DNA of 64,000 nucleotides, taken from the NCBI GenBank assembly GCA_934168325.1, contig CAKPNG010000001.1, positions 37,018-101,017 of the forward strand. Reading direction: 5' to 3'. The notes below the pieces were generated by a model. The model worked only from the letters and a program-made list of their open reading frames with translations. It did no database searches and was not told the DNA's origin. The stretch comes from an uncultured Bacilli bacterium (GTDB lineage Bacteria; Bacillota_I; Bacilli_A; RFN20; CAG-826). Of this stretch, positions 11,893 to 22,514 are shown piece by piece (position 1 is the first letter of the stretch; each line of letters starts with the position of its first letter). Both the position numbers and the translations under genes were made by a program.

Positions 11893-12851
11893 TTTCCTGT
11901 TGAACCGTAGCCACCGCTACCACGATCTGTCTCCTCATTAATTTTATCAATTTGATAGAAACACGCTTTGGGGACTTCACTTAAAACCAATTGAGCTATT
12001 TTTTGTCCTTTTTCAATATGAAGCGGAGAACCAGTTAAAATTGAGGTAATACGTGGGAAACCTTGCTCATCAAAGTCATAGGTTATGTCTTTAATTTTTG
12101 GTTCAATGTTGTCAATTATTACACCAATCTCCCCACGATAATTGGCATCGATAGTCGCGGGCGAATTAGCTACTCTCATTTTGCTCTTAAGCGATAGCCC
12201 ACTTTTAGGTCTGATTTGAAGTTCATAGCCCAGTGGAAGTTCAACTTTTAACCCAGTCTTAAGAAGTTTTGTCTCGCCAGGAAGAATATCAATGTCTTCT
12301 GTCGCATAAATATCCATGCCCGCATCAGATGGATGAGCATAAGTCGGCATTTGCCCATCACTACTAATTTCAATTGGAATTTCGATTATTTTCTTGTTAA
12401 TTCCTTCTGTTTCGGACAAAGCATTATAATTAAGTGCGATAATTCTCTTTAAAAAGTCTCTCTTGCGGGCGGTCATTATTCCGCTCATTTGTTCCTCAAT
12501 TTGTTTGTTTAAATCTTCAAACATCGTTCGATATTCTTCAAGGCTAATGCCAGTTGCATTTAAAGCTTGAACTAATGTTAAACGGTCATTAACATTATTA
12601 TAGGCTCGTTCAAATTCGTCTAAAAATAATGGAGCAATTAAATCGAATTGTTCATCTGGTAAAGCCAACATGGAGGCTATTTCTTCAAAACCACCCAACT
12701 CAGGATTAATTTGTTCTATATTAGCAAAAAGTTGTTTAAATAAACTTTCTTGACCTTGTTTCGCCACCTCGGCGGAATCCATTATTTTATTTATTTTTTC
12801 TTCAACAATTTGTTGAGTTTTTTCTTTATCTTCTACAATATGTGCGTTCAT
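11889..12851 (-). CDS. dut: dUTP diphosphatase fused to an N-terminal domain of unknown function
   Basis: dUTPase motifs GDAGMDIY, RPKSGL, IDANYRGEIGVII and RGSGGYGSTGK. Confidence 0.85.
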   Translation of the reverse strand: MNAHIVEDKEKTQQIVEEKINKIMDSAEVAKQGQESLFKQLFANIEQINPELGGFEEIASMLALPDEQFDLIAPLFLDEFERAYNNVNDRLTLVQALNATGISLEEYRTMFEDLNKQIEEQMSGIMTARKRDFLKRIIALNYNALSETEGINKKIIEIPIEISSDGQMPTYAHPSDAGMDIYATEDIDILPGETKLLKTGLKVELPLGYELQIRPKSGLSLKSKMRVANSPATIDANYRGEIGVIIDNIEPKIKDITYDFDEQGFPRITSILTGSPLHIEKGQKIAQLVLSEVPKACFYQIDKINEETDRGSGGYGSTGK

Positions 12852-12855
12852 TTAA

Positions 12856-13086
12856 TCACTCCACATCATCCCAAAGTTTTTCATATTCAGCACTAAGTTT
12901 TACAAGTTCATGTGTTGCTATAATTTCTCCTTTAGCTTTTTTCTCTTTATGAGTGTAGCCCGCAGAAATAACTTGATAACCTTCTTGTTTTGCTTGAGTC
13001 CTAAAGTGCTCCATAAGTTCTTTTGCTTCTTCTTCAGTGCTTACAGCATATTCAGTAGTTTGTTTAAGTAATCTTTTCATATACAA
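12856..13086 (-). CDS. Hypothetical small protein (76 aa)
   Basis: Intact ORF. Confidence 0.4.
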   Translation of the reverse strand: MYMKRLLKQTTEYAVSTEEEAKELMEHFRTQAKQEGYQVISAGYTHKEKKAKGEIIATHELVKLSAEYEKLWDDVE

Positions 13087-13140
13087 AATTTCTCCTATTT
13101 ATTTTCTATAATTTTATTATAGCATAAATAGGAGAAAAAG

Positions 13141-14415
13141 TCAAATTTTTTTGCGTAAAATTTGGTTTAAAATAAAGCCCAATACAATAGCGAGACTAAC
13201 TCCACTAAAAGCACTATCAAAAAGCCAAATCCCACTAACACCTACTGTCAATATGACAGAAACAATAATTAAATTTTTATTATCTTCTAAATCAACTTTA
13301 TTATTTAATAAAGTCTTAAGACCACTAGATGCAATATATCCATAAAGAATCATTGCACAACCGCCAAACACACAAGAAGGAATTGAATTAAAGAAGACTT
13401 GAATTGGTTCAAAAAAAGCAAGCCCGCCTAAAATTAAAGCAGATATTGTTGTTATTACTGTTGAAGCAACACGGCTAAAACCAATTGTTGCTATTGCCTC
13501 GCCATAGCTGGTATTAGGCAGTCCGCCCACAATTGAGCCAACTGTTGAAGCGATACCATCACCTAAAAGTGTTTTGTAAAGTCCTGGTTTTTTTGTTAAA
13601 TCAGTTCCAATTATATTCGATAATACTTTATGATCTGAACAATGCTCCATCGCCGAAGCTAAACTAACAGGGACAAATAGTAAAATAACTTTACCAATTG
13701 TTGCCCAGTTAAGTTCTGAAAAATTCCAATTCATAAAAGTTAATTGAGGAAATTTAAATAAACTAATTCCTCTAAAGGCTTCAAGATCAATAAGTGAAAT
13801 AACACCACTTATAGTCAAAATTAAACTTACAATATAACCTGCAAAAATACCAATTAAAAAAGGAATTGTTTTCCAAAAGCCTTTAAAATAATGTGAGCTA
13901 AGAGCTACTACAAACATAACAAAAATTGCAATAACTACACCAATTTCAGACTGTTCTCCATTAACTTGGACGTAAGTCGGGATAAAACCCGCAAGATTTA
14001 CACCAATTACAATTGTAATAGCTCCAATTATTGTAGGCGGGAATAATTTATTAAAGCTATCCTGTCCTTTTATTTTAATTAAAAGAGCCAATAATCCATA
14101 AACAATTGCAATAACTACACCACCAATTGCAACTGCCAAGTAATTGGGAGCTGCGCCGATTGCAAGAGCACCTATAACTGCGGAAACTGTAGCTCCGCAA
14201 GAAGAAATCAACATTGGAGATTGACCTTTGGTAATTAACTGGTAAGTTAAAGTGCCAAGACAAGCACCAAGCAAACACGCATCAATAGGTGTTCCGCAAA
14301 TATTAGCAATTAAAATTGTTGCAACAATACAACTCGACACCATTTGGAGTGGGTAAAGCGCCCACTCTTTTAGCGTTTTTGGCTTTTCATTTATATCATA
14401 AAGGAGATTTTTCAT
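13141..14415 (-). CDS. NCS2-family nucleobase permease (uracil/xanthine permease-like)
   Basis: About 12 TM segments. Motifs LFPPTIIGAITIVIGVNLAG and GLPNTSYGEAIATIGFSRV match the UraA family. Confidence 0.8.
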   Translation of the reverse strand: MKNLLYDINEKPKTLKEWALYPLQMVSSCIVATILIANICGTPIDACLLGACLGTLTYQLITKGQSPMLISSCGATVSAVIGALAIGAAPNYLAVAIGGVVIAIVYGLLALLIKIKGQDSFNKLFPPTIIGAITIVIGVNLAGFIPTYVQVNGEQSEIGVVIAIFVMFVVALSSHYFKGFWKTIPFLIGIFAGYIVSLILTISGVISLIDLEAFRGISLFKFPQLTFMNWNFSELNWATIGKVILLFVPVSLASAMEHCSDHKVLSNIIGTDLTKKPGLYKTLLGDGIASTVGSIVGGLPNTSYGEAIATIGFSRVASTVITTISALILGGLAFFEPIQVFFNSIPSCVFGGCAMILYGYIASSGLKTLLNNKVDLEDNKNLIIVSVILTVGVSGIWLFDSAFSGVSLAIVLGFILNQILRKKI

Positions 14416-14516
14416 TAATCAAATTCAACCTCCTTTTCTTTTATAAAGGCAATTACTTCTTCAATTGAAGAAACAAGGACACCACTTTGTTTAATAATGC
14501 CCGTCACAAAAATGTT

Positions 14517-14930
14517 CTAATAACTATACTGTTGTTCACCGAGAGAACTTGCTCCGCCCGCATCTTTAGCGTCGCTATGAGTTAAATAACACTGACGGTT
14601 ATCAGTACAAATTCCAACTATATATTTATGATCACCGCGGCGAATTTTTTCTCTCATTATACCAATTTCTGAGCAAGTTCCACTTGGAAGGACATCGCCA
14701 TCAATGCACGCTACAAGAATGTCAGTATTATCAAGTCTTGCACAATCAGCGTTTGCAATCATTTGAGAATCTGCAAACTTCTTTTTCCCTTCAACACCAT
14801 TAATCTCGGTGTTTTGAAGGGGGTCATAAATATCGGCTGTTGGGAAAGCTTCAGTTAGTTTTTCAAAAAAATAGTCATTGCGAAATTTATCACCTAAACA
14901 AAAAATTCCGCCAGCTAAATAAATTTTCAA
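14517..14930 (-). CDS. Nucleoside 2-deoxyribosyltransferase-like protein
   Basis: TTG start after RBS aaggagg. Motifs YLAGG..F and SGTCSEIG (catalytic Glu). Ends in TAG, followed by a 33-codon open extension. Confidence 0.5.
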   Translation of the reverse strand: MKIYLAGGIFCLGDKFRNDYFFEKLTEAFPTADIYDPLQNTEINGVEGKKKFADSQMIANADCARLDNTDILVACIDGDVLPSGTCSEIGIMREKIRRGDHKYIVGICTDNRQCYLTHSDAKDAGGASSLGEQQYSY

Positions 14931-14942
14931 TTATTTTCCTCC

Positions 14943-17195
14943 TTATGAGCATTTCGAATAACCGCAATTTTTGCACGAGTTGCAACCGCCTTCAAAAATT
15001 AATGGCTCACCGCACTCTGGACAAAGAGCTTTACTCGGAATTACTTTTATTGGTTTTTCAACTTTTTTATTTTCTTTTTTATCTTCTTCTCCAAAAAGTT
15101 CAATTTGAACTTCCTGATACATTTCCAATAATTTTTTACCTATTGCCATAGGACAGCAAGAACCAGGCGAAGTATCGTGTTTTGTCGCACGGCGGACCGC
15201 ATAAGAAGGACAAGCGCCAGTAGAATCAAGCTGATCTACTATATCAAAAATATTGACACCTGCACGGCAAAGTAAAGAAATTGTTCTACTTAATCCTACC
15301 ATAAATAACGAGCAACCACCAGTTGAGCCTTTAGATAAATAGACTTCCATTAAGGCTCCATCAATTGGGTTAAAAAATGCTAAAACATGGAGACTTCCGC
15401 AACCACTAATAATTTTGTCTTTCCGTCCAATTAAATCAGAAGAACATTCAATTATATCGCCACGTTTTAAGGCGGGCTTTTCTTCAGCTATTGGGGTTTT
15501 TTCTTTTTTTGGGGTAGCCACTAAAATACCTTCTCTTGCACAACCAGCACGATATACAGTTATACCTTTAAGCCCATTTTTCCAAGCATACATATAAAGA
15601 TTTTCTACATCTTCGATTGTAGCTTCATTAGGTAAATTTACAGTGGAGGAAATAGATGCATCAATATGTTTTTGCCAAACTGCTTGCATATTAATTCTGC
15701 TATATACAGGTATATCAGAAGAAGTTACAAAGTACTGAGGTAAATTATTATCGTCTTCTATATTATGTGCTTCCATATATTGTTTTACGATAGGTGTATA
15801 TACTTTATATTTAATATCTTTGCCATGTAACGATTTCGTTGTTCTTTCATAGTAATTAGCAAATATAGGTTCAATACCACCTGATACTCCTATCATCGTT
15901 GAGATAGTACCAGTAGGAGCAATAGTAAATAGTTGGCTATTTCTTAAATGAATAAATGGGAACATAGTAAGATTATATTTGCTAAATGATTCTACTTGTT
16001 TGTACCAATATTCTGTAGTAGTTACTTTTATTACATTGAAATCCTTATATTGTCCTAAAATATCACCTAAATCAGAACTTGCTTTAATTCCATAGTAATT
16101 TAAATATGTACCTATTTTATCACATAATTCTAATGCTTCTTCACTACCATAACGAATATGGAGCTTAATTAACATATCAGCAAGACCCATTATACCTATG
16201 CCGATTTGTCTATAATTAGCTACACTCTCTTGTTGCTCTTTGAGAGGATGTCGTGTTAAGCCCTCTGTTAGAATGTCGTTCTGATAATTTACTGCTTCCT
16301 GCACAACGTAAGAAAATTCGTCAAAATCAAATTCCCCATTTTTTACAAATGCTGCAAGATTTATTGCACAAAGATTACAACTGCCTCCTGCTGGAAGGGG
16401 CTCCTCTGCGCATGGATTAACACCTGCATATTTAAAAGATTTGGTATTAGAAAGCAAATTATAGTTATTTATCCTATCCCAAAATAACATTCCAGGTTCT
16501 GCATAGTTCCAATTTTGTTCGCACAGTTTTCTAAATAATTCTTTTGCTTTAATTGTTTTAGAAATAATTTCACCTGTTTCTTTGCGTTCAAACTTAAGCT
16601 CCCAGTCTTTATCTTCTTCTACTGCTTTCATAAAAGCATCAGAAATTCTTACTGAAATGTTTGCATAATTTACTTTATTCAAATCAGATTTAACTGTAAT
16701 AAATTTTTCAAGGTCAGGATGAGTATCAGATATAGAAATCATTAATGCTCCTCTACGACCATTTTGTCCTATTTGTTCTGTTACCTGAGAAAAAGTGTCC
16801 ATAAATGATACTGCGCCAGAAGTAGCTTTTGCTTGATTATGTACTTTAGCCCCTTCTGGTGCAAGATTACTTATATCTATTCCACAACCTCCGCCATATG
16901 AGTAGGTACGAGCTAATTTGGAACAGGTTTCATATATACTTTCAATACTATCCTCGGGAGGAGTAATTACATAACAATTAGATAAAGAACATTTTTCATC
17001 ATCAATACCTCTGTTAGATAATATCCTTCCCGCAGGAATAAATTTTTTTTGAATAATTAGGTTTCTAATATATTCATTATTAATGGACACCCTATCAAGC
17101 CATTCATCAAAAGTCTCCCCATTTCGCTGATATTTTTTATGCCATATATCAATACCTAATTGATTATCTTCGCCGAGCCAATCTTCAATTCTCAT
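14943..17195 (-). CDS. nrdJ: Class II (B12-dependent) ribonucleotide reductase
   Basis: Active-site GVNPCAEEPL...CNLCAINL. Cys-rich C-terminal tail with a zinc ribbon. Confidence 0.8.
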   Translation of the reverse strand: MRIEDWLGEDNQLGIDIWHKKYQRNGETFDEWLDRVSINNEYIRNLIIQKKFIPAGRILSNRGIDDEKCSLSNCYVITPPEDSIESIYETCSKLARTYSYGGGCGIDISNLAPEGAKVHNQAKATSGAVSFMDTFSQVTEQIGQNGRRGALMISISDTHPDLEKFITVKSDLNKVNYANISVRISDAFMKAVEEDKDWELKFERKETGEIISKTIKAKELFRKLCEQNWNYAEPGMLFWDRINNYNLLSNTKSFKYAGVNPCAEEPLPAGGSCNLCAINLAAFVKNGEFDFDEFSYVVQEAVNYQNDILTEGLTRHPLKEQQESVANYRQIGIGIMGLADMLIKLHIRYGSEEALELCDKIGTYLNYYGIKASSDLGDILGQYKDFNVIKVTTTEYWYKQVESFSKYNLTMFPFIHLRNSQLFTIAPTGTISTMIGVSGGIEPIFANYYERTTKSLHGKDIKYKVYTPIVKQYMEAHNIEDDNNLPQYFVTSSDIPVYSRINMQAVWQKHIDASISSTVNLPNEATIEDVENLYMYAWKNGLKGITVYRAGCAREGILVATPKKEKTPIAEEKPALKRGDIIECSSDLIGRKDKIISGCGSLHVLAFFNPIDGALMEVYLSKGSTGGCSLFMVGLSRTISLLCRAGVNIFDIVDQLDSTGACPSYAVRRATKHDTSPGSCCPMAIGKKLLEMYQEVQIELFGEEDKKENKKVEKPIKVIPSKALCPECGEPLIFEGGCNSCKNCGYSKCS

Positions 17196-17391
17196 TAATT
17201 TCCTCCTCTTTTAACCCACACCACTTGCATATTCCATTTTCAAATTCATGCGGGCATTGCTCTCGTAGTTCGGCATTTTCATTAAGCAGTTTTGCGACAA
17301 CTTGATTAAGTGTAAAAAATTCTGGTGTAAAACTTTCTTCAATTAACAAATTATTCATATCAATTTTTTCTTTAATTTCAAGACCAGTCAT
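17185..17391 (-). CDS. Small zinc-ribbon protein
   Basis: CPHEF...CKWCG. Confidence 0.35.
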   Translation of the reverse strand: MTGLEIKEKIDMNNLLIEESFTPEFFTLNQVVAKLLNENAELREQCPHEFENGICKWCGLKEEEINEN

Positions 17392-18442
17392 GCATTAATT
17401 CCTCCTTTGCTTCTCCATAATGATATTTTTGTAAATGTTCAAAAAAGTTTGGATAATTATAACGCACCACTTTCATAATTTCGCGGGCTGATGTTTTTTC
17501 TTCATTTTTTAATCTTTTGCAAAAATCAAGAAAAGGTGGCGAATAACCCCAATGTGCTTTTTCTTGGTATTTATATGCCCATATTAAATAACGGTTTAAA
17601 AGCCGTGCTATTTGTTTATTCCGATTAGATAAATTATCAGTAATTAAATTAATGGGTAAATGCCAGTTAATTGTATATAAAAGTTGATTATATAAAGAAA
17701 CCCATAGCTCATCGGTATAGCGTTGAGTAAATGGGTTATAATTGATTATTTTAGGATTAACTTTTCGTTGTTCGCTAAAACATATCAATTCTTGTGCAGT
17801 TAAAGGGAAATTTATATTAAATGTTGTGGCAGAAACTTTATAACGTAAATTTTGCCACGACAGTAATGTTTCAAAATTACTAAATTGAAGGGGGAATTTA
17901 AATCCAATATGGGTTTTTAGAGGGTCAATCCCACACTTATATTCTAATAAGTCTGCTATTGTTTCACGGGCGCCCGCAATAGAAGTTATGTCATAATCAT
18001 AGCAAAAAATTGAGTAATCTTTAGATAAAACAGGTAGATCGTTAGTAAATAAGGGATTAATAGTTTTCCCATCAAGTGATAATCGAAAATGTTCACCCGA
18101 CATCATTGATTTAAAAAGAGCTTTATCTCGAAAATAACTTTCTTTATCAAGATAAATTGTTTTATCTGGGCAATATTTCTCTTCATCAATAGACTGATAT
18201 TCTTCTGAAAAATAATGACCGCCATACTGAATTTTAGAATAACTAAAAAAGTCAATTGGTAAGTTATTTAAATCACTGTCTTTTCTTAAAATAAATTTTG
18301 TATAGCTATCAGGAATAAAGAGAGGAGAGAGTTTCACAATCTCTCTTCTCCCCTTATAAAATTTAGCCATTTTCATTAATTCTAAATTAAAAAAATCATA
18401 GTCGTGATTCATTAAATCATTATCATATAAGCCAATACTCAT
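17378..18442 (-). CDS. Hypothetical protein (354 aa)
   Basis: Intact ORF co-directional with the replication genes. Confidence 0.5.
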   Translation of the reverse strand: MSIGLYDNDLMNHDYDFFNLELMKMAKFYKGRREIVKLSPLFIPDSYTKFILRKDSDLNNLPIDFFSYSKIQYGGHYFSEEYQSIDEEKYCPDKTIYLDKESYFRDKALFKSMMSGEHFRLSLDGKTINPLFTNDLPVLSKDYSIFCYDYDITSIAGARETIADLLEYKCGIDPLKTHIGFKFPLQFSNFETLLSWQNLRYKVSATTFNINFPLTAQELICFSEQRKVNPKIINYNPFTQRYTDELWVSLYNQLLYTINWHLPINLITDNLSNRNKQIARLLNRYLIWAYKYQEKAHWGYSPPFLDFCKRLKNEEKTSAREIMKVVRYNYPNFFEHLQKYHYGEAKEELMHDWS

Positions 18443-21400
18443 TATGCAATTCCCTCATCTCTACGATTATTAATAACTAATGTTCCATCTTCCTTGACTT
18501 CTTGAATCAAATCAACTAAGTGATAAGGAGTTGATTTATATTTTTTACCTTGAAAACTTTTATCTCGTCTAATACCAGTAATAATAAGTTTATTACCACG
18601 ACTAAAATCACTTTTTCGAATTATATGTTTATGGCCATCGGCGCCTTTTTCAGAAATTTGTTTATCATAATAACTGAAAACTTCACCAAATATTTTTACA
18701 ATTACGACCCCTTCAGTAGTCAAAAGTGTAATTGTTTTCTTTTGTTTATCTCTATCTAATACAGTTCCTGCGATTCGATAAATTTTAAATATAGGAATTT
18801 CTTTACCTTTTATTGGGAGAATGCGATCAATAGTTGGGCTTTCATTTAAATCATAGAAATTACTAATATTATAATTACTAAAATTAACATTCTCCAATTC
18901 GTGTTGATGTTGATAGCATGAAATACTATCCATTTCCCACTTACTTAAAGAACCCAGGCAATATTTATTCCACATATCACTCATTAATCGCTCATTAACT
19001 TGTTCAAGTAATTCTGTGCTATTTTGTTTAACCCACGGTCTAATTTGATCCATATATTTTTGATAAATTTTATCCCATTTTAATGAATCAATTGCAAAAC
19101 CGCTTTCGCTATCAGCGGGCGTAAGTAAATCCATATCAAAATGTTTTTCATAAAAAGTAAAAGCTATATTATCAAGTTGAAATTGCTGAACTTTTTTCTG
19201 TCGTTTTAAATATTTGTTAAAATTATAAACTCTTTTAACTAAATCAAATTCTTCCGGAATTAACCCAAAATTAATTAACATTGCCATATTTTGAAGTGTG
19301 ATGCGTTGCTTCATATCACTAATTGATGCAACATACTCCCTCATCAATTTAACACGGTTAGGTTCAATTTCATCAAACGCCCCACATTTAATTAAATTAA
19401 TCATTTGTGGTTTTTTAACTTTAACTTTTGTTATAAAATCTTGCCATCCTGCGTAAGGACGTTGAATTAGAATTTCTTTTACAACATCTTCACCGACGCC
19501 GCTAATTCCACTCATTCCATAAAGAATGGTTTTTTCGTCTTGATCAACAGAAAAAGTAAAGGTAGATTTATTTATGTCAGGCGGAGCAACTTCAATGCCT
19601 GCCATTCTCATTTTACCAATTGCAGTAGCGATACGTCCATAATCGGTAGTTTTTTGTTTTTTCTTCTTTTTATCAGTTGTTTTTTCGAGTTCTTCGTTAT
19701 CGTCATCATCATTTTCATCTTCATCTTCATCATCGTCATCTTCATTTTCACAATTATTTTCAGAAATGTTATCCGTTAATTCATCAAAACAATCAATAAC
19801 TTCAAATTCATTTTCATCAATGTCATTTTCTTGCTCTCGTTCTATAATTGATTGACTATTTACTATTAAACAAGCACAGTTCCAATAAATTGATGGCCAT
19901 TGTGTTGCTAGAACAAGCGTTTGAATGCCAATAAAACTATATAATAGAGAATGAACTTCTGAAAAACTATAACTCATCTGTGGTTCCATCATTGTTTTCC
20001 AAGCGTATTCGCCAAGAGTTTTAGTTGGGCATTGAGCTAAAAATTTTTCTTTAACTTTAGGAATTTCTTTTATCTTTTTTTTCGCTAAAACTTTTCGACA
20101 TTGATTACTTTCAGCCAATGTAAAATGAGAAATTTTGGGGTCCATTACCATTAGCATCAACATTTCTTGAGAACAAGGAACGCCATAATCTCGTTTATAA
20201 TAAGGCTCTAATATTTTTTGTTCTTCAGGTGTTAATCCTGCTTGAGTCATTTCTTTATACCATAAATTAATATTGTTTTTAAAAGCAATATAACGATCTA
20301 ATGGTCGTTCTTGGCCAGGCGGAGCAACAAGTCTAAGTAAGGCATTAGCAGAAGTTAATTCAGCAGGTGTATGTGGTCGAATTGCTTTTGCAGTTTCAAT
20401 ACCAATTTGAGTATTAAATTGAAAAACATCTTGAACTTCGCCATTGGCAAGTGCTTCCCAAATTCGCGGATTTTTTAAATTTAAAACTTGCGGATGAAGA
20501 TATTTATTATAAATTTCTCGCTTTGTTTTACAATCATTGAAATATCCTCTTTCCTGAAGAAGGTCGAGACAAACTGAAATTTTATCACAAATATCCGTCA
20601 CCAAAAAGTCAAATTTTGTATCTCCTACTTCTTCTGACTTTTTTAAGTCAAATTGCGTTGTAATGTCTCCATTTGGACTCCGCATTAATGCAGTGGTTTC
20701 AAAAGGAGAATTATTATACATCATAACACCACTCGCGTGTTGCCCACGACGACAAACCAATCCTTCAACACCCAAAGCAATTTCTAATAAACCAGGATAT
20801 TGATTAAATTGACGAACTAATTCTTTTACAGGTTTTCTTTCTTTTTCTTCATTGCCATAAAAACAGTCATTTAAACTCCATACAATACCGCGTTCTACAG
20901 GGACAAGGCTTGACATATATTGTGCAATATCTACATCAATGCCTTTTGGGCAATCTTTTGAACGATAACCTTTACAAGCACATTGAATAGATGCTTTTGA
21001 ACTTTCAGTCCCAAAAGTTGCTACTTGCACAACATTTAATTGCCCGCGTTCTTCTCTAATTTTATCAAGAATTAATTTACGTTTTGAAGGAGTTAAATCT
21101 ATATCAATATCCGGGAGTTCTGCCCTGTCTTTATTTAAAAATCTAAAATACGGCAAATTCCATTTAACTGGATCAAGCTGAGTAATTCCCAATAAATAAT
21201 TTGATAAAAAGCTTCCTGCACTGCCACGACCTGGTCCCGTGACCGATCCGCATTCCCAAAACAAATCCATATAATGTTGAAATGTATTAAAATAAGAAAA
21301 TAGGCAGTTATTTAATTTTTCACTAATGGTTCGAATTACATCAGCTTCTAACTCCAAACGTTCCATATGGATTTTATCATTTAATTTTTTTTCATTTAAG

Positions 21401-21900
21401 GAATACCAACATTCATTAAACCATTTTCGTTCTTGACGATTTTTACTCTGTCTTAAATAATTTAAGTTTGGATAGATAGTTAAATCAACATTTAAGAATT
21501 CTGGTTCATCAAATTTTACTTCAGGAATAATCGGCGAGTGGAATAAGTGATATTCGCCTATTTTATTCATTAATTCAAGAGAGTTCTGACACATCTCTTG
21601 AAATTCTTCATAAGTATAAAATTCTTTAATATTATTATACGCTTCTTCATCTGACATTAAATGAGCGTCATGATAAAAACTGTCAACTTCTCGCTCACCT
21701 TCTTTAGAATTAAGAAAGGATTTATGAATTTCTCGATACTCACTTGTTAAATAGTGAGCATCGCACCCTAAAACAATTTTTCGATTATAAAATTTTGCGA
21801 TAGGCTTTATTCTCTGATTAAAGATTTTTTGATCAGGGGAAGTGCCTGGCGCCATTTCAATATAAAAATCATCACCAAATAAACCAATACAATATCGCAT
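18442..21900 (-). CDS. dnaE: DnaE-family (C-family) replicative DNA polymerase, core from listed start; acidic low-complexity insert
   Basis: LPDIDIDL active-site motif with downstream ..VATFGTE..; GLFGDDFYIEMAPG matches the DnaE PHP C-terminal region. The true N-terminus probably lies upstream (see 21901-22443). Confidence 0.8.
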   Translation of the reverse strand: MRYCIGLFGDDFYIEMAPGTSPDQKIFNQRIKPIAKFYNRKIVLGCDAHYLTSEYREIHKSFLNSKEGEREVDSFYHDAHLMSDEEAYNNIKEFYTYEEFQEMCQNSLELMNKIGEYHLFHSPIIPEVKFDEPEFLNVDLTIYPNLNYLRQSKNRQERKWFNECWYSLNEKKLNDKIHMERLELEADVIRTISEKLNNCLFSYFNTFQHYMDLFWECGSVTGPGRGSAGSFLSNYLLGITQLDPVKWNLPYFRFLNKDRAELPDIDIDLTPSKRKLILDKIREERGQLNVVQVATFGTESSKASIQCACKGYRSKDCPKGIDVDIAQYMSSLVPVERGIVWSLNDCFYGNEEKERKPVKELVRQFNQYPGLLEIALGVEGLVCRRGQHASGVMMYNNSPFETTALMRSPNGDITTQFDLKKSEEVGDTKFDFLVTDICDKISVCLDLLQERGYFNDCKTKREIYNKYLHPQVLNLKNPRIWEALANGEVQDVFQFNTQIGIETAKAIRPHTPAELTSANALLRLVAPPGQERPLDRYIAFKNNINLWYKEMTQAGLTPEEQKILEPYYKRDYGVPCSQEMLMLMVMDPKISHFTLAESNQCRKVLAKKKIKEIPKVKEKFLAQCPTKTLGEYAWKTMMEPQMSYSFSEVHSLLYSFIGIQTLVLATQWPSIYWNCACLIVNSQSIIEREQENDIDENEFEVIDCFDELTDNISENNCENEDDDDEDEDENDDDDNEELEKTTDKKKKKQKTTDYGRIATAIGKMRMAGIEVAPPDINKSTFTFSVDQDEKTILYGMSGISGVGEDVVKEILIQRPYAGWQDFITKVKVKKPQMINLIKCGAFDEIEPNRVKLMREYVASISDMKQRITLQNMAMLINFGLIPEEFDLVKRVYNFNKYLKRQKKVQQFQLDNIAFTFYEKHFDMDLLTPADSESGFAIDSLKWDKIYQKYMDQIRPWVKQNSTELLEQVNERLMSDMWNKYCLGSLSKWEMDSISCYQHQHELENVNFSNYNISNFYDLNESPTIDRILPIKGKEIPIFKIYRIAGTVLDRDKQKKTITLLTTEGVVIVKIFGEVFSYYDKQISEKGADGHKHIIRKSDFSRGNKLIITGIRRDKSFQGKKYKSTPYHLVDLIQEVKEDGTLVINNRRDEGIA

Positions 21901-22443
21901 AAATTTATCAATTTCTTGTTTTAACTGATGGATTTGCTCTTCATCATTAATTTTTTCTGCTTTAGCTAGTTGAATGACATGAGTGCCGATGAAACCGCCA
22001 ATGCAGGCACAGTCAGAAATAAGCGTTCCAGGATACTTTTTAATAATTGCAGATAACTCGCTTTTTAATGTTGGAACACGCTCAAGTCCTCGATCACGAT
22101 ATGAATGAAGCCAAGCTTGAGAAGATAACTCTCGTAATGCTCGATGTCCTTCAGTATTTTTAGCAATTAAAAGAAAATGCCAATATTTTTGTTTAGGTTC
22201 TCGCGTATCAGTTAAATAAATTTCATTTCCTAAGGCACATTTAAAATTTTGATCAATTTTTCCTTCTTCTTTTAATTGTTTTTCTAATTGAAGCCATTCA
22301 ATATGCCCACAAAGTGCCTCGTGGTCTGTTAAAGCAATTCCCGCATAACCTAATTCTGAGGCTTTCAGAATTAAATCTTTAGGTTTATTTATGGAGTCAA
22401 TGAGCCTTATACTAGAGAGAAGTGAGAATGACTATGTGTTTCA
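21901..22443 (-). other. In-frame upstream extension of dnaE encoding a PHP-domain N-terminal segment (IALTDHEALCG), with no canonical start and 1 TAG
   Basis: About 179 codons run open, in frame with MRYC, back to a TGA at 22441-22443. An HxHxH-like motif (THSHSHFSLV) lies in the -1 frame after a GTG at 22451 and an RBS-bearing ATG at 22459. Confidence 0.4.
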
Positions 22444-22486
22444 AATCTCACTAAGACATCACCTACCTTTCTATCTTTCTAATATA

Positions 22487-22514
22487 ATTATATCATAATT
22501 TATCTTAAAAGTCA
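22487..22514 (-). promoter_or_regulatory. sigma70-like promoter upstream of dnaE
   Basis: rc TTGACT-N16-TATAAT. Confidence 0.5.

Noticed and set aside
19540-19779. + strand ORF inside dnaE
   Set aside because: Antisense of the acidic D/E-rich insert (gives poly-F/I).
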